This document shows, one piece after another, positions 18,518 through 27,504 of a stretch of 64,000 bases of DNA. Position 1 is the stretch's first letter. Every line of letters starts with the position of its first letter. The translations under genes were made by a program, and so were the position numbers. Source of the stretch: Myxococcales bacterium (GTDB lineage Bacteria; Myxococcota; Myxococcia; Myxococcales; JAJYLH01); NCBI GenBank assembly GCA_021787845.1, contig JAJYLH010000013.1, forward strand, positions 32,595 through 96,594. Direction: 5' to 3'. The notes below the pieces were generated by a model that did not search any database, was not told where the DNA came from, and saw only the letters and a program-made list of their open reading frames with translations.

Positions 18518-19924
18518 ATGCCACGTCTCACCGCTGTCGAAGACACATCGGGCTTACTGCTTCCGCTCGACCCGAGCGCATCCGTTCCGCTCGACCCGAG
18601 CGCATCCGTTCCGCTCGACCCGAGCGCATCCGTTCCGCTCGACCCGAGCGCATCCGTTCCGCTCGACCCGAGCGCATCCGTTCCGCTCATCCCGAGCGTA
18701 GTCGAGGGACGAGCGGTTCAGGCCGGGCACCATGGGCGCTCATCCCTCGACTGCGCTCGGGATGAGCGGATTTGGTCGGCTCGGGACGAGCGGATTTGGT
18801 CGGCTCGGGACGAGCGGATTTGGTCGGCTCGGGACGAGCGGAGCTGGTCATCCGCCCGTTTCGGACGTGCAGGTCGCCAACTCCTCTCGCTGGGCCTGGC
18901 GCTCGCGCTCGTCCTCGTCGCGGTGAACGCGCAGGCCCGGCCGCGCCATCGGCGGCACGAGCGGCGCGCGCGCGCGCACGAGATCGAGAAGGCGCCGGCC
19001 GCGCCGCCGATTCCCTTCCTCGCCGCGCGCTACATCGACAAGAAGGCGAACCCGTACGAGGTGCGGCTCGTCCTCAAGCCGGGAAACCTCGCCCTGCGCG
19101 ACACCGCTCTGGTCTCCGTCGACATGGAGAAGGCGCTCTCGATTCCCGACCCGGTCACCGGCAACTTCCAGCCGATGACAAGCGGCGTGCCCTACGCCAT
19201 CGTCGAGAGCCCCGCGGTCGCGCGGCCGGTGCGCTGGCGCGGCCGCCATCACGAAGAGGCCGCGTCGAACGTCGCCAAGTACCGGCTCTGGCCGGAGGAA
19301 GACCCCGGGCGCTACAGCTTCCACTTCACGCCGCTCGCGAATGGCATGTACACGGTCACCATCGTCGGGTTCGACCCGAAGGGGCCGGCGGGCGAGCCCT
19401 ATTCGTTCAAGATTCCGTTCCACATCGGCGCGGGCACCGCCGCGTTGCAGACCGAGGCGAGCCAGGGCGTGGTCGGCGTGCACCGCGGCGCGCTCCACCC
19501 GGTCGGGATGTCGGTCGCGGCGCCGGCGATGGAGAAGGTGAAGAAGCTGATGGACCAGATCGGCCGCGAATACCTGGACCTCCAGCTCGCCTTGGAGTCG
19601 CCGCCCCGCCGCGGACCGAACGACGCCGCCGCGACCGAGGCGCGGTCCATCGAGTCGCTGATGGGCTCGCTTTCGTCCGTCGTCCCCGAGGTGCACGGCG
19701 CGAACCCGAGCGAGTACACCCAGCTCGCCAACGACGCGGGACAGGCGTTCGAGAACCTCGCGAAGGACGCCGAGTCGAAGGGCCGCGCCGCGCCGAAGAA
19801 AGCCCTTGCCGCGTACCAGGATCTGCCCGCCGGAAGCTGCAACGAATGCCACGCGAAGTACCGGTGGCAGGTGACGAGCGACGTGTCGACCTGGCCCAGC
19901 TTCACCGAGGCTGCCTGGCGGTGA
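18518..19924 (+). CDS. Exported protein with a C-terminal c-type heme motif (cytochrome c'-like); repeat inserted in the N-terminus
   Basis: GAGGA RBS before ATG 18518; signal h-region LLSLGLALALVLVAVNAQA; CNECH after a helical bundle. Confidence 0.7.
   Translation: MPRLTAVEDTSGLLLPLDPSASVPLDPSASVPLDPSASVPLDPSASVPLDPSASVPLIPSVVEGRAVQAGHHGRSSLDCARDERIWSARDERIWSARDERIWSARDERSWSSARFGRAGRQLLSLGLALALVLVAVNAQARPRHRRHERRARAHEIEKAPAAPPIPFLAARYIDKKANPYEVRLVLKPGNLALRDTALVSVDMEKALSIPDPVTGNFQPMTSGVPYAIVESPAVARPVRWRGRHHEEAASNVAKYRLWPEEDPGRYSFHFTPLANGMYTVTIVGFDPKGPAGEPYSFKIPFHIGAGTAALQTEASQGVVGVHRGALHPVGMSVAAPAMEKVKKLMDQIGREYLDLQLALESPPRRGPNDAAATEARSIESLMGSLSSVVPEVHGANPSEYTQLANDAGQAFENLAKDAESKGRAAPKKALAAYQDLPAGSCNECHAKYRWQVTSDVSTWPSFTEAAWR
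18561..18842. repeat. Two opposed 24-bp tandem arrays around a REP-like inverted pair
   Basis: 5 x ttccgctcgacccgagcgcatccg (18561-18680); core ccgctcatcccgagcgtagtcgaggga / tccctcgactgcgctcgggatgagcgg; 3 x tttggtcggctcgggacgagcgga (18771-18842). Confidence 0.92.
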
Positions 19925-19976
19925 GCGGGATGCGCCGCGATCGCCCGGAAGTCGCCGGCGAGCCCTCGGGGCTGCG

Positions 19977-20019
19977 CCGATCGGTCCGATCCGACCGATC
20001 CGACCGCTCGGTCCGATCG
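19977..20019. repeat. 9-bp (CCGATCGGA-like) tandem repeat
   Basis: cgatcggtccgatccgaccgatccgaccgctcggtccgatcgg; also near 21296, 23171 and 36779. Confidence 0.75.
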
Positions 20020-20096
20020 GCGGGCGGCAACGGCTCGCGGAAGATGGGAACCTCAACGAAGGGCACAGCCCTCGACGGCTTTTGAAGGAGCTTGCG

Positions 20097-21131
20097 ATGC
20101 CCCGTCCGCTCAAGTTTGTTGCCTGCGCGCTCGCGCTCGGCGTCTTCGTCGCGACCACCGCGCACGCCGATGACGCGCCGCTCACGGGAGATTCCTACGC
20201 CGGCGGCCGGCTCTACGCGGTCGACTGCGCGGCCTGTCACGGCGCCTCCGGCGACGGCAACGGGCCCATGGCCCAGACGCTGAACCCGCGCCCGACGCGG
20301 TTGCGCGATGGCAGCTTTCTCTTCTCCCTGCCCGAGGCGGAGATGGTCAAGGCCATCCTCGGCGCGAACGATCCGGCCGGGGTCGTGGCGCACCGCCAAG
20401 GCCTGAGCGAGCTGGACGCGCACGACATCCTCGCGTGGCTGCGCGGGCCGGTGCCGACGCTCGGGGAGCTCGTGCCGACGGCCGCGCGATACGTCTCCGC
20501 GACCGAGAAGCTGGACAAGGACGCGCTCGCCCGGGCCGCCAAGGAAGCCGGCCAGCCGCTGCCCGAGGCCGAGCACACCATCACCGAGTACGTTCTCTTT
20601 CTGCTCAAGCCGGTCGGGACCGAGACGCCGCCGGTCAACGGACATCCGACGCGGATTCCGAACAACCCCGGCAAACTCTACGCCGAGGCCAAGCCGAACC
20701 GGAAGGTCGCCTTCGTCGCCTACGAGCCGCTCAAGCTCGACAAGGGCACCATCGAGGCGGCGCTGGTGGTCGACTGGCAGATGATGCTGACGCAAGTGCG
20801 CGCGGTGCCCAGCTCGGATCCGAAGGTCGAGGCGCTGGGCCGCAAGCTGCAACCGATCTTGAGCGCGTATGTCGGCTCGGGCGGCGAGATGAACCGCAAG
20901 CCGGTGCGGCCGCAGAAGCGCTGGGTGCGGGCGCCCAAGGACGTGCAGACGGCGATGCTTCTCGCGTACGCCCGCCTGCGTGAAGGCGCCGCGATGTACA
21001 AAATCGGCGAGCAGAACCGCTTCTGGGACGACCAGGATTCGTTCAAGTTCCCCGCGGCGGTCGACCAGGGCAAGGTCAAGTTCCAGTTCAAGGAGCACGG
21101 CACCAAGAAACACCATCGCCGCCGGCGGTAG
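20097..21131 (+). CDS. Exported c-type cytochrome
   Basis: AAGGAG RBS, signal peptide AHA/DD, GGRLYAVDCAACHGASGDGNGP...LNPRP. Confidence 0.85.
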   Translation: MPRPLKFVACALALGVFVATTAHADDAPLTGDSYAGGRLYAVDCAACHGASGDGNGPMAQTLNPRPTRLRDGSFLFSLPEAEMVKAILGANDPAGVVAHRQGLSELDAHDILAWLRGPVPTLGELVPTAARYVSATEKLDKDALARAAKEAGQPLPEAEHTITEYVLFLLKPVGTETPPVNGHPTRIPNNPGKLYAEAKPNRKVAFVAYEPLKLDKGTIEAALVVDWQMMLTQVRAVPSSDPKVEALGRKLQPILSAYVGSGGEMNRKPVRPQKRWVRAPKDVQTAMLLAYARLREGAAMYKIGEQNRFWDDQDSFKFPAAVDQGKVKFQFKEHGTKKHHRRRR

Positions 21132-21133
21132 CC

Positions 21134-23143
21134 TTGCGCAGCGAGAGCCTCGCCGAAAAGGGTCTGACGGCCCTCGACTGCGCTCGGGCTGAGCGGTGCA
21201 AGTCTGCGAGAACACTGGACCGCTCGTGGCGAGCGCAGTCGAGCCACGAGGCTCTTCGGCGAGCCTCCAGCGAGGCGGCTGTGCGCCCTCCCCAAGGACC
21301 GATCGGACCGATCGGACCGATCGGACCGATCCGACCGATCGGTCTGATCAGCCGCCGGGGCCGTCGCGCCTCGGCGCTCGCCTTGATGTCGCTGCTCGCG
21401 TTGTCGTTCTTCGCGACGCCTGCCCTTGCCTTCACGACCGACCGCGTCGCGGTCGAGCTGCTCGCCAACGAGACGCCGCTCGACGGCGCCGTCGCGTTCG
21501 ACCGCGCTTGCTGGCGCCTCGGTGTGCAAATCGACGGCGCGTCTCCAGTGCAGACATTCGACTACCGCGGCGGGCGCTTCGAGCGGCTCTGGGTCAGCGG
21601 CGCGCCCGAAGTCGTCCGCTGCCTGAACAAGCTCGACCACCATCGCCGCGCCGTCGACGGCACCTTCACCTGGGCCGACCGCGCCAAAGCCGGGCTCGTC
21701 CTTCCCGCGACCGGGTCCGGCGAGCGCATTCCCGATGCCGCGTGGATTGATCCGAAGGCCAAGCCGCTCCAACCGGCGCCCGACCGCACGCTCGTGAAAT
21801 GGCTCGCGCCCGGAGATCCGAATGCCATCGCCGAGCTCGCGCAGCGCCCGATGGAAGAGTCCATCGCCGACCTGGACGCCGTCGCGGCGATTGCAAACCC
21901 GAAGGTGCCAGCGGTGCTCGAGGACATCGCGCGGCACGACCCGCGCTGGCTGATTCGACGCACGGCCGTGACGCTCCTGTCCCCCGTTGCCTCCGCCGAC
22001 GCGCTCGAAGCGATCGCGCGGACCGATGCCGCCTGGGAAGTGCGCCTCGCCGCCGTGCAGCAAATCCAATCGATGGCTGCCGCGGCCCGTCCCGCGCTCC
22101 CGGTCGGCGAGTCACCGGAGAAGCTGTTCGCCGACCTCGCGGTTCACGACGCGTCTTGGATCGTGCGGCGAGCGGCGCTGCTCCAGCTTTCCCAGCCGGC
22201 CGTTTCCCGCGCGCGGGCGGAGGTCGAGACCCTCGCGAAGTCCGATCCGGAGCCGCGTGTGCGAGCGACCGCGCTGGAGATTCTCGCTGCCGCCGGGTTC
22301 GCGCCACATCAGATGCTCCGCGCCGCCCTCGACGATTCCGCGGCGGTCGTTCGAACGTCGGCCGCCGGATGGCTCGCCCGCGAACCGCGGCGGGAGGACT
22401 TGCTTCGGTTGTGGATGGCGATGCACGCGCCCGCCCGGTCCGAGCGCCTCGCCGCGACCGCGCTGCTCGACCGGCTCGACGATTCGACCATCGGTCCCGA
22501 GGTGTGGAAGCTGTTCTTGCGCGAGGCGGACGAGCTCGACGCGCAGCCGGACGCGCTCGAGGAGATGACCGACTTCCTCGCGCGCGAGCCGTTCCCGCAG
22601 CTTGCGGCGTTCGTCGAGGCGCGTTTGAAAGTCCCGATGTCGTTCGAGGAGCGCACGCTCCTGACCCGACTCGAGGCGCGCATCGAACCGGCGGTCGCGA
22701 CGAGAAGATTGCTGCCGCTGTTCGATTCGCACGACCCGGCGGAGGTCGAGCTGGCCGCGATGACGGCGCCCTCGACGAACGCCACAAAGAACAAGCGGCA
22801 CGCGGCCCTGACGAACGCCAGCGCTGACGTGCGCGCCGCTGCGATCATCGGGCTGTGCGACATCGATCACGGCGCTTTCGTCGAGGACATCCAAAGCACC
22901 GAAATCGCTCCGGAAGGGCTCGGCCTCCAGGCGCTCGCCGCGGAACAGCGCTGCGGTCAAGCCACGCCGCCGCCGTTCCGGTTCCAGACCCACTTCGCCG
23001 GCCCCGCCGCTCCCCACGACCATCCGAGCCAGTGGCCCGCCCTCGCCGCGATGGCGCTCCTGTTCCTGAGCGTGCTGGCGTCGAAGCTCAAGAAGAGCGA
23101 CCCCGCCGCGCCGCCGGCGCCGACGTCGCCCAGTGCCGGCTGA
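21134..23143 (+). CDS. Exported HEAT-repeat protein with C-terminal membrane anchor (start uncertain)
   Basis: D..W.VR.AA / DPEPRVRATA repeats; signal LLALSFFATPALA; C-terminal hydrophobic helix; TTG 2 bp after the upstream stop. Confidence 0.7.
   Translation: MRSESLAEKGLTALDCARAERCKSARTLDRSWRAQSSHEALRRASSEAAVRPPQGPIGPIGPIGPIRPIGLISRRGRRASALALMSLLALSFFATPALAFTTDRVAVELLANETPLDGAVAFDRACWRLGVQIDGASPVQTFDYRGGRFERLWVSGAPEVVRCLNKLDHHRRAVDGTFTWADRAKAGLVLPATGSGERIPDAAWIDPKAKPLQPAPDRTLVKWLAPGDPNAIAELAQRPMEESIADLDAVAAIANPKVPAVLEDIARHDPRWLIRRTAVTLLSPVASADALEAIARTDAAWEVRLAAVQQIQSMAAAARPALPVGESPEKLFADLAVHDASWIVRRAALLQLSQPAVSRARAEVETLAKSDPEPRVRATALEILAAAGFAPHQMLRAALDDSAAVVRTSAAGWLAREPRREDLLRLWMAMHAPARSERLAATALLDRLDDSTIGPEVWKLFLREADELDAQPDALEEMTDFLAREPFPQLAAFVEARLKVPMSFEERTLLTRLEARIEPAVATRRLLPLFDSHDPAEVELAAMTAPSTNATKNKRHAALTNASADVRAAAIIGLCDIDHGAFVEDIQSTEIAPEGLGLQALAAEQRCGQATPPPFRFQTHFAGPAAPHDHPSQWPALAAMALLFLSVLASKLKKSDPAAPPAPTSPSAG
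21171..21348. repeat. REP-like inverted pair plus 9-bp tandem array in the 5' part of the HEAT gene
   Basis: ccctcgactgcgctcgggctgagcgg / ccgctcgtggcgagcgcagtcgag, then (ggaccgatc)n encoding GPIGPIGPI. Confidence 0.75.
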
Positions 23144-23259
23144 GAGGACTTCGGCCCGCCGTCTCGCTGGGCCGATCCGACCGATCCGTCGGATCAATCG
23201 GATCGGTCCGATCAGCGTGAGGGCGCGGGCCCCAGGTGACGCTCATCCTTCAACTGCGG

Positions 23260-23592
23260 TCAAGATGACCGGAAGAACGCGAGCGCATCGACAGTTGGAT
23301 GCCGGTTCAGTGCTGCTCGCCGGGATGGCGCCGCGCCCTCGCCTGCGGCTTCTTCTCGGTGCTCGGTCGTCGGCGTCACGGGCGGCGCGGGTGGAGCCGG
23401 GGGCGCCTTCTTCCTCGCGGGCTCCTTGCGATCGAAATCGGAGAGGTCGGGGCTGTCGTGGAGGGCGCTGTCCGCGACCTTGCGGACGTGGCTCGTCAAG
23501 GTCCGCAGATTGCTCATCGCGGCCTCGCGCTTCCGGCTCTTCCTCTTCGCGGCGGACTTGGCGTCCGGGCGACCAGTCTCGGGTCCGATCAC
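23260..23592 (-). CDS. Small Lys/Pro-rich hypothetical protein or gene remnant
   Basis: Plausible composition (PARKKAPPAPPAPP) but no recognisable motif; ends in a degenerate REP. Confidence 0.3.
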   Translation of the reverse strand: MIGPETGRPDAKSAAKRKSRKREAAMSNLRTLTSHVRKVADSALHDSPDLSDFDRKEPARKKAPPAPPAPPVTPTTEHREEAAGEGAAPSRRAALNRHPTVDALAFFRSS

Positions 23593-23693
23593 ATGGCTGG
23601 CATGTCGATTCGGTCGAGCGTTGACGAGTCACAGCGACACGCCCAGGGACGCCAGGCTCGTAGCCCTTCAAGCGCATTCCCTCACGGGCCCGG

Positions 23694-25055
23694 TCACGTC
23701 CCCTCGATCACCTCGAACGGGTTCAGCTCGTACACCATGCTGCGCTTGGGCTTCTGCCGATCATAGAGCACCGTCACAATGCCTCCGGGGATCATCGCTT
23801 CCCCGGGTAGCCCCTTGCGTGCCGTAGCGTGACCGTGAAGCCGGGCACCGTGCAGGTCGACATAATCGTATCTGATGTCCTTGCCCCGAGGGGTTTGGCG
23901 ACTCGGTTCTTGCGCGGTCACCACCCCGTTGGTCACCACGCCGAGCTCGCAAAGCGCTCGGAAGCGGCGCCGTCCAAGCATCAGAAAAGACACCAGTACA
24001 CCGAGGGCGAGGAAGGAGAAGACGACGAGAGACCACGTGCGCATCACCGTGGACTGCCGCAAGGAGAGATGACCCTGGATCGCCCGGCCATGGAGGGGAC
24101 CCAGAGCCAGTTCGCGCAAGATGACCTTGCCGTGCTCTCCTGCTCCGCGGGGCGGAGCAGCGAATCGCCAGTAGATCTTCACGTCCGTGTACACTGGGAC
24201 GATGCGCCTTGGATTCGTTCCCACGACAGCCAAATGTGCAAGGAAGACTGCCTCGCCATCGCGGGCTCGGTGGACCGTAACGTCTACGACGTTGGCCTGC
24301 ACGCGATGACCCAGTCTCTGAATCATCACCACCCACGCCATCTGCGCAGTAAGCCCAAGGTTCGGAAGGAGAAGAAGAACGAGTGCCAGGTACCACCGTG
24401 CACCCAGCGGCTTCAGCCGCACGCGTCGCGGTGGCGGAGGCAGTATGGCGCCTTGACCTGCGCCAGCGGGGTCGGCCGGAATTGGAGGCCCGTCTCCGGA
24501 AGACGAAGGCGGATCGCCGGACCGAGCGGCCTTCTCTCCTTCTCGCAAGGCGGCCCGCTTCTGGCCGATCAGGCCGACCGCCGAAAGCACGGCGCCGAAG
24601 AGCATCATCCAGTGACCCGCCTCGCGCAAAAGTCGATTGCCTCTGTCGTCGCCGGCAACGGTTTCGTCGTAGCTGACCACCACCTCGTTGCCCTTGCGGA
24701 TTTCCCAGAACCAGTCGATGGACCGCCCCATGTCGTCCGGCTCGTACAGCGCACTGATCGTGTCGCCAGCCTGAAGGGTGTCCGCCGCGGGGTAGTATTC
24801 CGAGTAGTCGAGCTGGCTCAGGTGAGCGGTGCCATGCGGCGTGCTGAGGTCGATGTCGAGGTAGGTGCCCCCCTGGTCCGTCTCGCGGTGCGAGACTACG
24901 ATAATCGTGCCTGTAACGGACTTGAGGTGCGCCCTCGCCGGCGGATGCAAGCGCCCGAGCCAGACGAAGACAAGGCTGCAGAGCAGCAAGACCACCCCCA
25001 CCGCAATCATCGACTTGAAGCGGTCACGAGCCGTCAGCCTGGTCCGTATCAGCAT
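23694..25055 (-). CDS. Hypothetical membrane protein with DUF3592-like modules
   Basis: Alternating TM helices and beta modules (VTNGVVT...IRYDY...VTVLYDRQKP). Confidence 0.65.
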   Translation of the reverse strand: MLIRTRLTARDRFKSMIAVGVVLLLCSLVFVWLGRLHPPARAHLKSVTGTIIVVSHRETDQGGTYLDIDLSTPHGTAHLSQLDYSEYYPAADTLQAGDTISALYEPDDMGRSIDWFWEIRKGNEVVVSYDETVAGDDRGNRLLREAGHWMMLFGAVLSAVGLIGQKRAALREGEKAARSGDPPSSSGDGPPIPADPAGAGQGAILPPPPRRVRLKPLGARWYLALVLLLLPNLGLTAQMAWVVMIQRLGHRVQANVVDVTVHRARDGEAVFLAHLAVVGTNPRRIVPVYTDVKIYWRFAAPPRGAGEHGKVILRELALGPLHGRAIQGHLSLRQSTVMRTWSLVVFSFLALGVLVSFLMLGRRRFRALCELGVVTNGVVTAQEPSRQTPRGKDIRYDYVDLHGARLHGHATARKGLPGEAMIPGGIVTVLYDRQKPKRSMVYELNPFEVIEGT

Positions 25056-25173
25056 CGGCGCCGTCTCTCGATCGCTGCCGAGTCCCACCTGGCCAGAATT
25101 GCCGCACATCCTCGAAGCGGCTAGGTCGGTGGTTGCGAGCAGGGCAATCGAGCATCTCCTCTGGTCCGCGAGG

Positions 25174-25460
25174 CTAGGCAGGGTTCATGCAGAGCGTCAA
25201 GCGGAACGCGTAGAAGCCCAAGCGATCGCCGGGGCGCGAACCCGGGCCTTGGTGGGGTCGTGATCGGGGTCGCCGGCGAGGTGGTCGGCATGGTTCACGA
25301 GCCAAGGAAGGTACAGGTTCCGCCCGAAAGCGTCAAGTCGAGCTCCTCCGGCCAGCGTCGAGACGAACCTCTCCCGGCGGGCTATCTGAAAGCGCCCGCG
25401 GAAGATCTGCCTTAAGGATCGAGAGGAGCTACGCGGCCACCCGCGGCGGGCCGCGGGCGT
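25174..25460 (-). repeat. Diverged direct repeat A, putative IS91/ISCR oriIS end
   Basis: Shares cgcccgaaagcgtcaagtcgagc, gcgtcgagacgaac, tgaaagcgcccg and gagaggagctacgc with 26536-26820; ends ATGAACC..GCCTAG on the minus strand. Confidence 0.7.
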
Positions 25461-25482
25461 GGTTCGATGGGCTCACCATGAG

Positions 25483-25986
25483 TCAGCGGTTGGGGTCGTG
25501 CAGCACCGCGATCGGGCGCAGGCGCCCCTTGCAGCGCGAGCACTCGATGGCGTAGTTCGACAAGGTCACCCTGACCGTGCCCCGGGTTCGGCGGAACAGC
25601 TCCGCCCACAGGAGCCGCTCGGCATGCGGCAGTGCAGCAGCGGCCTCGCTCGGCACTGGCGCGGCCATCGGAGGGAGAGCAGCGGTGTTGTTCGCCGTCG
25701 GCTCGTCGTGGCGGTGCTCGCAGGCCGAGCCCCGGCGTTTCGTCGGCGCCGGCACCATGAGGGCGCGCTCCTTGGCCGCCGGCGCCAGGATGCCGAAGTA
25801 CTTGCGTGTCGGATGGCGCGGTCCGGGGATGAGGCTCGTGAGCCGCATCAGCAGTTCCTGCGGCGTGAGCACGAGAGCGGTGTTGCCGTGGCGATCGGGT
25901 TTCTTGAGCCGGTACGAGAGCAGCCCGTCCGGCCGCTCGGCGAGGCGCGCGCTTGAAATCGGTCCGCGCAGGAGATAGCGGCAGAA
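25483..25986 (-). pseudogene. IS91/ISCR-family rolling-circle transposase, 3' fragment
   Basis: CRYLLRGPIS..RL....DG...YRLKKP...G.T..VLTPQELL.RL..LIP.PR....KYFGILAP, then LWAELFRRT and CSRCKGRLRPIAVLHDP. Confidence 0.8.
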
Positions 25987-25996
25987 TGAGCAAGCA

Positions 25997-26464
25997 TCAC
26001 CACGGCGAGCAGCATTCCATGGAGGTCCCGCTGCAATACCCGGCGCTCAGCACCAGGTGGGCGCAGCCACTCGACTTGCTGACGCAGGTCGCGTTTCCGC
26101 CATACATCTTCTCGCACTCTGAAAAGCAACTGAAGCCCCCGTCGGCGCCCGCCTGGCAGGTGTAGGGAGGCGGGGTCATCACCGCGGCCGGACAAGAGTA
26201 AACCGGGAAAGAGCAGCCCAGCGCCTCGTAGTCCGACCGCTTCGCTTGCAAAGCGGCGACGGAGTCGGGAGCGACACCGACCGGAGGGCATTCCACGTTC
26301 TGATTGGCGGTGCAGGGCTCCGCGGCGGCCGGATTGCACTCTCCCGCGGCCTCGACCGCCGCGTAGTAGGCATTTCGCTGCGTGTCGCAGTTGGCGGCCT
26401 GGACGCTACACCCAGCGGCGACGGGAATGGCTCCGAGCACGAACATCAGGAGAGACTTCTTCAT
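25997..26464 (-). CDS. Small Cys-rich lipoprotein
   Basis: Lipobox AAGC; GGAGG upstream; many Cys. Confidence 0.75.
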   Translation of the reverse strand: MKKSLLMFVLGAIPVAAGCSVQAANCDTQRNAYYAAVEAAGECNPAAAEPCTANQNVECPPVGVAPDSVAALQAKRSDYEALGCSFPVYSCPAAVMTPPPYTCQAGADGGFSCFSECEKMYGGNATCVSKSSGCAHLVLSAGYCSGTSMECCSPW

Positions 26465-26535
26465 GGCAATGGACCTCCAAAGTTTGCGACGGATCACAGG
26501 CGGAAAAGTGGATGAGGCATCCATTCGGAGCGACC

Positions 26536-26820
26536 CTAGGCGTGGTTCATGAACCTGGTCAAGCACGCGTGGGAAGCCCAAGCGATCCCCGGGTGCGAAC
26601 CCGGGCCTCGGTGGCGTCGTGGTCGCGGTCGCTGGCGGTCGTGGTCGGCATCGTTCACGGGCGGGTGAGCGTACAGATCGCGCCCGAAAGCGTCAAGTCG
26701 AGCGCCTCTGGCTGGCGTCGAGACGAACGCCTCCCGGCGGGCGGCCTGAAAGCGCCCGTTCGAAGCAACGCCGGAAGGAGAGGAGCTACGCCGCCAAGCT
26801 CGGTGGGCCGCAGGCGTAGG
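26536..26820 (-). repeat. Diverged direct repeat B, putative IS91/ISCR oriIS end
   Basis: Homologous to 25174-25460 and starts at the same ctagg..ggttcatg boundary. Confidence 0.7.
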
Positions 26821-27079
26821 TGGTCGTCTCGCCGGTGTGTGCCAGGTAGCGGGCGAACGTGTCTCGGTCCTGGGAAGGAACAGCACCGGGCGACCGCCAG
26901 GTCGCGCGGGCGCGACACGCAGGGCAGCAGCGGCATCGGCTATCGGCTCCGCCTTCGGGATGCGGTGGCGTGGGGAGCGGGAGCGGCACCGTGTCACGTC
27001 GATAGGATAGCAGGAGCGGCGTCGGGTCCCGGCTGCGTCCTCGGGATGCGGGGTCATGGAGAGCGGGCGCGGTCTCGAC

Positions 27080-27243
27080 CCGGGTGATGCTCATCCTTCG
27101 ACTGCGCTCAGGATGAGCGGGGTGGGCTGCACAGGACGAGCGGGTGGCGTGCGCCCGCGACCCAGACCGTAGGATGGGTGAAGCGGAGCGGAGCCCATCG
27201 GCGAGCGGTGACGATGGGTTTCGCTGCACTCCACCCATCCTAC
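27080..27243. repeat. Cluster of two REP-like families
   Basis: ccttcgactgcgctcaggatgagcgg followed by a GTAG-type inverted pair (27169-27243). Confidence 0.8.
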
Positions 27244-27504
27244 GAATCGCCGACCACGTCGGTGGCTACGGCTTCTTCTCGGTGCTCTCACCCGGCGCCG
27301 GCGGCGTCGGGGGCGTGGGGTTGTTGCCGCCGCCCTGCTGGGTGTCCGTCTTCGACGTGACGTGGTGGCGCGGACTCTTCGCGCGGAAGGCGTCGGCGAG
27401 GTCTTGGATGGTACGTCGTCGCCGCGGCTGATCGACTTCTTGAGCGCGGTCCGGCAAACGTCCGCCGACAGTCCCGGCGGAGCCTGAAGCCTCCGGGCCT
27501 TCGG

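Noticed and set aside
18561-18842. 24-bp repeats as a CRISPR array
   Set aside because: Units are head-to-tail with no unique spacers, and no cas genes are in the window.
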